From the NCBI RefSeq assembly GCF_006345805.1, contig NW_021824134.1, forward strand, positions 1 through 18,817: a stretch of 18,817 nucleotides of DNA, read 5' to 3'. The position numbers and the translations under genes were made by a program. The notes beneath the pieces were generated by a model. That model worked only from the letters and a program-made list of their open reading frames with translations, did not search any database and was not told the DNA's origin. Positions 11,115-18,817 of the stretch are shown in pieces (the first letter of the stretch is position 1; every line of letters begins with the position of its first letter). The DNA comes from Octopus sinensis. Its lineage: Eukaryota.

Positions 11115-11330
11115 TATATAAAGTTAATCCAAACAAGAAATATATAAAGTTAATCCAAACAAGAAAGCACAAAAAACACAACAACGCGAGGACGTGGAAC
11201 AAATATAGTATTATTGGACGCTCAAGAAAGAAGGAAAGAAGGAGGGTTTAACGTTTCGAGTGGAGCTTTTCGTCGGAAACATAGGAGAAGGAAAGATCCA
11301 GAGAAGGGAAGATAGAGGAAAAAATCGCCA
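11115..11330 (-). mobile_element. Short Penelope-LTR/retrozyme-like element with a minimal type I hammerhead-like motif (11246-11280)
   Basis: The - strand reads GTTT-CCGACGA-A-AAGC-TCC-ACTC-GAAAC-GTT-AAAC. Stem I is GUUU/AAAC, the core is C(U>C)GANGA...GAAA, and helix III is the loopless palindrome ACGU before a GUU triplet. Confidence 0.55.
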
Positions 11331-11400
11331 ATATATATATATATTAGAGTATTTGTGTGTGTTTGGAGGTGTCTGCGTAAAGAATTGCGCGTGTAACTAT

Positions 11401-11823
11401 CTTTTATCTTATATCTTTTACCTATTTCAGTCATTAAATTGTGGCCATGCTGGGGCACCAGTTTGAAGAATTTTTATTCAAATGAATCGACTCCACTACT
11501 TTTTATTGAGCACGATGCTTATTCTCTCGGTGTATTTTGCCGAACCGCTATTGTTACGCGGACATAAACATACCAATATCGGTCGCCAAGTGGTGGTGGA
11601 GTACAAACACAGACACAAAGACACACACACAGAAACACACACACACACACACCAACATGTATATATAACAGGCTTTTTAAAGTTTCTGTCTCCCACGTGT
11701 TCTTACAAAGTTTTGGTTGACCAGAGACTATAGCAGAAAACACTTCCCCAAGGTGCCACGCAGTGGGACTGAACCCGGAACCATGTGGTTGGGAAGCAAG
11801 GTACTTACCACACAACCACGCCT
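11401..11823 (-). mobile_element. Family A SINE, near full length, diverged
   Basis: CCAAGGTGCCACGCAGTGGGACTGAACCCGGAACCATGTGGTTGG is the same head as the 6735-7140 copy. It has an internal (CA)n tract and the tail at 11401-11460. Confidence 0.88.
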
Positions 11824-11916
11824 ATATCTATATTCAAGGATACCAGGATATCATGAAGATATTCACTTCATGATATATCTGTGGTTCAGTTCTTGAGTGT
11901 TTTATATATTCTTAAG

Positions 11917-12301
11917 TGGAGGCGCAATGGCCCAGTGGTTAGGGCAGCAGACTCGCGGTCATAGGATCGCGGTTTCGATTCCCAGACCGGGCGTTGTGAG
12001 TGTTTATTGAGCGAAAACACCTAAAAGCTCCACGAGGCTCCGGCAGGGGATGGTGGTGATCTCTGCTGTACTCTTTCACCACAACTTTCTCTCACTCTTA
12101 CTTCCTATTTCTGTTGTACCTGTATTTCAAAGGGCCGGCCTTGTCACTCTCTGTGTCACGCTGAATATCCCCGAGAACTACGTTAAGGGTACACGTATCT
12201 GTGGAATGCTCAGCCACTTACACGTTAATTTCACGAGTAGGCTGTTCTGTTGATCGGATCAACCGGAACCCTCGTCGTCGTAACCGACGGAGTGCTTCCA
12301 C
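11917..12301 (+). mobile_element. tRNA-derived SINE (family B, tail type 1) with a 13-bp TSD
   Basis: Head GGAGGCGCAATGGCCCAGTGGTTAGGG...GGTTTCGATTCCC carries A and B boxes. TSD ATATATTCTTAAG at 11904-11916 and 12302-12314. Confidence 0.92.
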
Positions 12302-12385
12302 ATATATTCTTAAGCATTGCAGTCATGTACTCTGTTTCCTTGATTGGAATATACAACATATCTGTACGCAATATATTGATTTCAT

Positions 12386-12764
12386 AAAGCGGTGCGCTGG
12401 CAGAATCGTTAGCACGCCGGGCGAGATGCATAGCGGTATTTCGTGTCTTTACGTTCTGAGTTCAAATTCCGCCGAGGTCGACTTGCCTTTCATTCTTTCG
12501 GGATCGATTAATTAAGTACCAGTTACGCACTGGGTCGATATAATCGACTTAATCCGTTCGTTTGTCCTCTCTGTGTTTAGCCCCTTGTGGGTAGTAAAGA
12601 AATAGGTATTTCGTCTGTCTATACGTTCTGAGTTCAAATTTCACCGAGGTCGACTTTGCCTTTCGGGAACATTAAATTAAGTACGAGCTGCGTACTGGGG
12701 TCGATCTTATCAATTGGCCCGCCCCTCCCCCAAAATTTTGAGCCTTGTGTCTAGAGTAGAAACG
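12386..12764 (+). mobile_element. Dimeric Nin-domain SINE (family N) with a 16-bp TSD
   Basis: The body GGTATTTCG...GAGTTCAAATT..CCGAGGTCGAC occurs twice (~12435 and ~12605). TSD AATATATTGATTTCAT at 12370-12385 and 12765-12780. Confidence 0.88.
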
Positions 12765-12774
12765 AATATATTGA

Positions 12775-12958
12775 TTTCATGTTTTGACAAAAGGTCAGTG
12801 TGCGAAGGTAAGTCCATTACATCGACATATATTATCGACCCCGAAAGGATGAAATGCTAAGTTGACCTCGGCGGAATTTGAACTCAAAATTGTAAGCCGG
12901 ACGAAATGTCATTAAGCATTTTATTCAGCATGCTTATGATTCTGCCAGCCCGCCGCTT
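12775..12958 (-). mobile_element. Family N SINE in reverse orientation
   Basis: ATCGACCCCGAAAGGATGAAA...GACCTCGGCGGAATTTGAACTC...GATTCTGCCAGC is the reverse complement of the 12386 unit. Confidence 0.85.
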
Positions 12959-12993
12959 GATGAAAACTATATATTGTAGTAATGTAGTTCAAC

Positions 12994-13401
12994 CAGGAGT
13001 GGCTCTGTGGTAAGAAGCCTGCTTCCTATCCACGTGGTTCCGAGTTCAGTCCTACTACGTGGTACCTTGGGCAAGTATCTTTTACTATAGCCTCGGGCTG
13101 ACCAAAGCGTTGTGAGAAGATTTGGTAGACGGAAACTGAAAGAAGCCTGTCGTATATATGTATACATATGTATACATTTGTGAGTCTGTGTTTGTCCCGC
13201 CCCTCACCATCGCTTGACAACCAATGCTGGTGTGTTTACGTATCCGTAACTTAGTGGTTTGGTAAAAAGAGACCGATAGAATAAGTACTAGGCTTACAAA
13301 GAATAAGTCCTGGGGGTCGATTTAATTGACTAAAAGCAGTGCTTGCTCCAGCATAGCCGCAGTAAAATGACTGAAACAAGCAAAAGAATAAAAGAATAAA
13401 A
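12994..13401 (+). mobile_element. Family A SINE, full length
   Basis: CAGGAGTGGCTCTGTGGTAAG...GAGTTCAGTCC...CTTGGGCAAGT...TGACTGAAACAAGCAAAAGAATAAAAG. Confidence 0.9.
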
Positions 13402-13590
13402 GGATGTGATATCTGATACATAACTGTATATAACATAGGTTGTTTATAGTATGATACCAGGTTATATAACATTTTAAATGTATTATGCAATAGCTTATAA
13501 CTTGTAGTATATGATAGAATATGATGGACTCTACCGTCGTATGAGTATTCAGTTTTTTGCTGAACAAACCTGCACAAATGATTTGTTTAT

Positions 13591-13754
13591 AGTGATCTGT
13601 GTGGTAAGTAGCTTGTTTACCAACCACATGGTTCCGGGTTCAGTCCCACTGCGTGGCACCTTGGGCAAGTGTCTTCTACTATAGCCTCGGGCCAACCAAA
13701 GCCTTGTGAGTGGATTTGGTAGACGGAAACTGAAAGAAGCCTGTCGTATATATG

Positions 13755-13805
<51 letters not shown>

Positions 13806-14018
13806 ATGTGTCTGTGTTTGTCCCCCTAGCATTGCTTGACAACCGTTGCTGGTGAGTTTATGTCCCCGCTACTTAGCGGTTCGGCAAAAGAGACCGATAG
13901 AAAAAGTACTGGGCTTACAAAAGAATAAGTCCCGGGGTCGAGTTGCTCGATTAAAGGCGGTGCTCCAGCATGGCCGCAGTCAAATAACTGAAACAAGTAA
14001 AAGAGAGTAAAAGAGTAA
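13591..14018 (+). mobile_element. Family A SINE, near full length, internal (TA)n(TG)n
   Basis: Near-identical to the reverse complement of 6735-7140, with tail GAAACAAGTAAAAGAGAGTAAAAGAGTAAA. Confidence 0.92.
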
Positions 14019-14029
14019 ATGTATGAGCT

Positions 14030-14234
14030 GTACGTTATCTCAGTCCCGCCATCAAATCGACTTTACCTGAACAGGTGGACGGTGTATCACCTGTCAGGTG
14101 GGTGACGAAATGATCACAGACCAACGTGATATGAAATGTTTTGCTAAAGAGCTCAACGGCCCACCCGGTCTGGGAATTGAAACCGCGATCTCGTGATCGT
14201 GATTGCAACACCTTAACCACTAAGCCATGCGACC
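14030..14234 (-). mobile_element. tRNA-derived SINE (family C/B-related head)
   Basis: The reverse complement is GGTCGCATGGCTTAGTGGTTAAGG...GGTTTCAATTCCCAGACCGGG...TTTAGCAAAACATTTCATATCACG, related to the 1563 and 11917 heads. Confidence 0.75.
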
Positions 14235-14254
14235 TTATATCATTTTATAAAATA

Positions 14255-14438
14255 CTCTCTTTTACTCTTTTACTTGTTTCAGTCATTTGACTGCGGCCAT
14301 GCTGGAGCACCGCCTTTTAGTCGAGCAAATCGACCCCCAGGACTTATTGTTTGTAAGCCTAGTATTTATTCTGTCGGTCTGTTTAGCCGAACCGCTAAGT
14401 AACGGCGACGTAAACACACCAGCATCGGTTGTCAAGCA
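14255..14438 (-). mobile_element. Family A SINE, 3' half (5'-truncated), abutting the LINE
   Basis: TTTTACTTGTTTCAGTCATTTGACTGCGGCCATGCTGGAGCACCGCC...GGTTGTCAAGC is nearly identical to 6754-6920. Confidence 0.9.
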
Positions 14439-16197
14439 CATCGAGCGGGTCGGCGAGACCTGAAAGACTACGAAGCCGGTGACAGAGCAAAAATCAACCG
14501 GGAAAGTCAGTGGGCTTGCGGCTCGGCACCTGGAGAAGCAGCCCACCGTCCACCAGTACCCCCGTCGTGGGACGCTGGACAGACGGCTCGGCGTTGGTTG
14601 CTCGGGGTCTGGTTCGGTCCGGACCTCCCAAATGGAGAAGAACTGGAACGAGATAACGAGTATGGTGGTCACTCTCGCCCAGCAATGGGCCGAGAGGAAA
14701 CTGTCCCTAAAGGTCGGGCGGAGGTGGTGAACGCGTACATCGCGTCCATCATCTACTCCCCTGCCTGACCGTCGTACCTTTTCCGACCCTACCATCACCA
14801 AACTAGAACGCATCCCTCCGCTTCTTGTGGAAAGATGCGTCCCGATGGTCAGGCGATCCATTTGCTGCCAACACCCGTTAAAAGGAGGGCTGGGCATGCC
14901 GTGGTTGATGATGCGCAGACACGCGCCTGAGACTGCGACATCTCCGGCTCTATGTAGACGACGGTGAACAGGTGGTCGCCGTTTGTGAGGCACGCATTCC
15001 CGCAACTCTCTCCATGACCGAACTACAACTACGCCGTGGATCAAAAGAGGCCGAAGAAGGGCGAATGGCAACCGCGAGTGTCGCGTTGCTCTCACAACTC
15101 TGCCGTCCCGGGTCGACCTTGAGTGACTCAACACAACCAAGCATCTATAGGGGATTAGTGGAGGGGAGGTACGACGACGAGCTCGGGGCAAACCTGGGCG
15201 TCGACGAGGAATACCTGACCCGCCTGTTTCAAACGACTTTCGGCCCGGGACCTATGGACAACTTCCAGAGATCCCTGGCCTGGCGGTGCTACCGAGAAGC
15301 GCTACCCGTTCGGATAAGCTCTATAGGCATGGCTCGAGAAACACGGGGCCGACTGCCCCGAGATGCGGGCAGAGCGACGAAACCGCTCTGCACGCAATCG
15401 TGCAGTGTCCAGCAATTTCCCACCTGTGGGCTTATGTCGAACGACTGCTGTCACGTGTGGGACGTGTCGGTTTATCAGCCGAGTCTATCGTTAATATCGT
15501 CACGCCTCCTTCCTTCCTCAAACGGGAAGGAAGAGCTATTTTTATCATACTTGTGGCTATGGCGAAAGAATGTATCTGGTGGACGCGTCTGAAAGGATTA
15601 GAGAGAAACCTTTCCTCTCTGGTCAATCTCTCATCAACTTCTTCAAGTATCACTTGAAGAAAAAAGTGAGAGTAGAGAGGCAAGTTTGTCTAGTGAATGT
15701 TTTAAAAAAAGATGGGTGAATGTAGAAGGATGGCACGTATGAATGACGAAGCCACCTTGACTATGATTCTATGAACCGTAAAAATTAATACAGAGAGTTG
15801 CATATTTTGCAAAAAAAAAAAAAAAAAAAAAAAGAAATATAACATGTGACTTCATTGACCGAGGTTACCGTGGTCTTTTCCGTAGGCTTTTCTTTCCACG
15901 GGAAACCTCACTGTCCTCCCTTTACACTTCATATTGACATTTCTGTGATAACGATCCCTATTGATCAATTTTTTTCCTCTCCCCCTTTTTTTTAATCCCC
16001 CCCCTTTTTTGTCCTCTTTCCTCTCCTTTACGATCCCTTTTGATGGACACCCCCACCCCCCCTTTTTATTTTATTTTATTTTATTTTATTTTATTTTTTG
16101 TATTTTATTTTTTATTTTTTTTTTTAACCTTCAAAAGAAAAGCTCTACCTGTAATTTGTTCTCATCTGTGTGCAGCCCTGTGTGGCTAATAAAGAAA
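14439..16197 (+). mobile_element. 5'-truncated non-LTR retrotransposon of the L1/Tx1 clade: ORF2 C-terminal part, frameshifted, plus 3' UTR
   Basis: Motifs read across frames: end of RT (AKINR.KS..LRLG, LLGVWFGPD); WAERKLSLKGRAEVVN; HPLKGGLGMPWL (14872-14907); WRCYREALPV; CPRC-X8-H-X4-C zinc knuckle (15355-15408, one extra C base). The stop is at ~15772-15774. A pyrimidine-rich 3' UTR ends in AATAAAGAAA. Confidence 0.9.
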
Positions 16198-16202
16198 CAT
16201 TC

Positions 16203-16204
<2 letters not shown>

Positions 16205-16262
<58 letters not shown>

Positions 16263-16315
16263 ATATATATATATATATATATAATATATCTATATATTAT
16301 ATTATATTATATATC

Positions 16316-16346
<31 letters not shown>

Positions 16347-16347
16347 G
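16205..16347. repeat. (ATCT)n followed by (TA)n microsatellite
   Basis: Directly visible immediately after the LINE 3' end. Confidence 0.95.
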
Positions 16348-16554
16348 ATATACCAATTAAGGACTGAACACGAAAAGTGGACAGTCAACATGCTAGATAT
16401 AGACGTCAAATCGCCATTCACCACAACAGATTATGTTCTCAGATCAAACTCAGTTTGATCTGAGAACATAATCTTTTGTGGTGAATGGCGATTTGACGTC
16501 TATATCTAGCATGTTGACTGTCCACTTTTCGTGTTCAGTCCTTAATTGGTATAT
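16348..16554. repeat. Near-perfect 207-bp palindrome (103-bp arms, 1-nt spacer)
   Basis: The centre is C16451 (AGATCAAACT-C-AGTTTGATCT). I found one mismatch (C16427 vs T16475). Confidence 0.97.
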
Positions 16555-16649
16555 ATAAATATTTTAATCTTCGGATTCTTTTTTAATATGCTAGACCACT
16601 GGTCTTAATTGATAAATATCAATTTCTAATTCTACCCTAATTAATTTTA

Positions 16650-16701
16650 TATATTATATATATATATATATATTATAATATTATATATGTATTATATATT
16701 A

Positions 16702-16744
<43 letters not shown>

Positions 16745-16827
16745 TATATACGTGTTTTTGACAGACAGACAGAATATTGATGGCTAGCTAGCTAGCTAGC
16801 TAGCTAGATAGATGATAGTTAGATAGC

Positions 16828-16892
<65 letters not shown>
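16650..16892. repeat. (TA)n, (GACA)n, (GCTA)n, (GATA)n microsatellites
   Basis: Directly visible. Confidence 0.95.
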
Positions 16893-16897
<5 letters not shown>

Positions 16898-17765
16898 TCG
16901 ACAGACAGATAGACATCAATACATAGAACATATATATTCAAGTATGTAATTTTGTGTTTGTTAAACTAATATTGATACATGATACAAAGTACTCAATGCG
17001 TGAATGTTGGGGGGTTTAATATCAACAGATATGTAAAATACAGATATTTTGAACCTAATGTTTGGATATTTATCGAAAACCATCTCAAAGAGAAACACTC
17101 GAATGATAGATGAAAAGTTTTCATAATGCATAGAAATAGTTGGTGTACAAGTTACCCGGTTCTTTTCACACAAAAAACATAATCAAATATTCGTAACCAT
17201 AGTTGCAATATATATCTTTCAAATATTTTTATATATAATGTTTTGTATTTACCAACACGTTCAATGTTTGTCAGGATGCTGGCTTTGGCTGGGTCAGATT
17301 ACTTCGATAGATCTTAGTACAAGTCAATTAATTTGTAAAACATTTTTAAAACGTTCGCTGTTATGAATCTTTTGAAATTTCATGAAAACTATCTCGACTT
17401 GCCAGAGGACATACCAAAGTAAATGTACCCAGGCAACTTCAATATTTCGATTATTTGCAAACATTTTGAAGCTCCTTTCTTCTGTTATGGTAAACATGAC
17501 ACCATTAAGATCCAATGAATTGTTATTTAGATACAGTTAATGTGCGTGCAGGTGGGAGATTCTCTGTTTGTGTATATATAGAGAGATATCCGCACTGAGA
17601 CACATAGACGCATATAAAACATAAGACTACCTTAAATCGATGTTTGAGTGGAACACTTTAAGATAGTATTTCAAATAGTCATTGATTCAGAAAAAATATA
17701 GAAAATAAATTTAGTTTGTAAGTTGTAAATATTCTGATCGGAAATGTACAAGTTTTATATAAATA

Positions 17766-18782
17766 TGAGGTTAAGTCAAAAGTGTTTTCGTATTTCAAAC
17801 AAATCATACACTAAAGTCGCTTATTCCTCAAAAGATACACGTCCAAATATATTGCCTGTTGTTATCGTTGTACCAGCAAATAAAAACCATGCTCTTGGTA
17901 TTTTGCTGGTTTAGAGACAAAACCTTCCTGCACCTGTTTCAAATTCGTCCACATCGTTGAACCTCTGTTTGTGCAGCAAAGTGTCAGGGATCGGAAAAAA
18001 TAGTAATCTGAGGGTGCAAGGTCTGGACTGTAGGCAGGGTGAGACAGCACTTGTAGGAGGCGCAATGGCCCAGTTGTTAGGGCAGCGGACTCGCGGTAGG
18101 AGGATCGCGGTTTCGATTCCCAGACCGGGCGTTGTGTGTGTTTATTGAGCGAAAACACCTAAAGCTCCACGAGGCTCCGGCAGGGGGTGGTGGCGACCCC
18201 TGTTGTACTCTTTCGCCCCAACTTTCTCTCACTCTTTCTTCCTGTTTCTTGTCCCCAACTTTCTACGCAACTGCTGAGCCTGGATGCGCATTCGTCCATA
18301 CGTCGATGCTCTCGATGTCGGGGGTTGACCTGCTTTTTCTTCTGCGGGTTTTACGAATAGCAAAGGACCACGTTTCGGACTTCTGCCACTGGGACGAAGA
18401 CCGCTTCGCTCAACAGCAACAGCACTTGTAATCTCCCACAATTCCTCAAAGTTTGTGCTTGATCAGATTGGCACTTTGTGCAGATGCATTGTCATGCTGT
18501 AGGAATGTACGTCTTCTATTGACCAATGAGAGAAGAGGGCTCTCAAAGCAACATCACTCACTTAAGTTGTTGTTGTTCATAAAGGTTAGCATTCACAGCA
18601 TCCGGGACAGATTGAAAGTGAAACACCCACTCGAAATTCCACCAAACATACAACATGACCCCCCAAAAAAAACAATTCAGCTACGATTGGACAATTGTAT
18701 GAAATTAATAATTACCATAACATAGACATATAAGTTGCCGAAACTCATCAGTGAAAATCCGGAAAAGCTTTTCATTCAACCT

Positions 18783-18784
<2 letters not shown>
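17766..18784 (-). mobile_element. Internally deleted, decayed mariner (Tc1/mariner) DNA transposon with degenerate TIRs, interrupted by a SINE
   Basis: The - strand carries VMLYVWWN (~18637-18660), FLQHDNA (Asp codon at 18491-18493) and VLSHPAYSPDLAPSDYYFF (~17995-18050), the typical mariner catalytic-domain motifs. Candidate TIRs at 17768-17795 and 18755-18782 match at 21/28. Confidence 0.85.
18056..18418 (+). mobile_element. tRNA-derived SINE (family B, tail type 2) with a 12-bp TSD
   Basis: Same head as the 11917 copy. TSD ACAGCACTTGTA at 18044-18055 and 18419-18430. Confidence 0.93.

Positions 18785-18817
<33 letters not shown>
18784..18817. repeat. (GT)n microsatellite running off the window end
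   Basis: Directly visible. Confidence 0.95.

Noticed and set aside
11918-11990. tRNA gene-like sequences (also at 1565, 7070-7140, 14160-14234 and 18056)
   Set aside because: They continue into SINE bodies, with TSDs in two cases, and lack a proper acceptor stem. They are SINE heads, not tRNA genes.
14283-15191. 302-aa - strand ORF, the longest in the window
   Set aside because: It is antisense to the GC-rich LINE ORF2 and runs into a SINE. It has no recognisable domain and is a shadow ORF.
16940-17760. Possible host exon in the non-repetitive stretch (ORFs 16961-17173 and 17324-17515)
   Set aside because: I found no recognisable motif or convincing splice-site pair. A short exon cannot be excluded without RNA data.
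18740-18751. CTGATGAG on the - strand as a hammerhead core
   Set aside because: There is no downstream stem II + GAAA, and it lies in the mariner subterminal region.
1-18817. CRISPR array or prokaryotic operon/defence system
   Set aside because: There is no repeat-spacer periodicity and no gene-dense organisation. The sequence is eukaryotic repeat DNA.

Overview
This is AT-rich, microsatellite-dense eukaryotic DNA made almost entirely of transposable-element remnants. The repeat repertoire resembles an octopus or other coleoid cephalopod genome, which is an inference from pattern recognition and not a database result. I can support no host protein-coding gene; most listed ORFs are artefacts of simple repeats or SINEs. 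Elements with coding remnants: a decayed Penelope-like retroelement (RT + GIY-YIG, - strand, ~4290-6600), a 5'-truncated L1/Tx1-clade LINE (+, 14439-16197), and an internally deleted mariner (~17766-18784) interrupted by a SINE with a 12-bp TSD. Non-coding elements: about 14 tRNA-derived SINE copies or fragments from three or four families, two non-autonomous Helitron-type elements, a 554-bp element embedded in (TTA)n, two short elements carrying degenerate Penelope-type minimal hammerhead ribozyme motifs, and two long foldback palindromes. The most interesting signal is a 35/43-nt match between the 3' tail of a Nin-domain SINE and the 3' end of the Tx1-like LINE, suggesting a SINE-LINE partnership. 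I see no clear evidence of an entirely new biological system.
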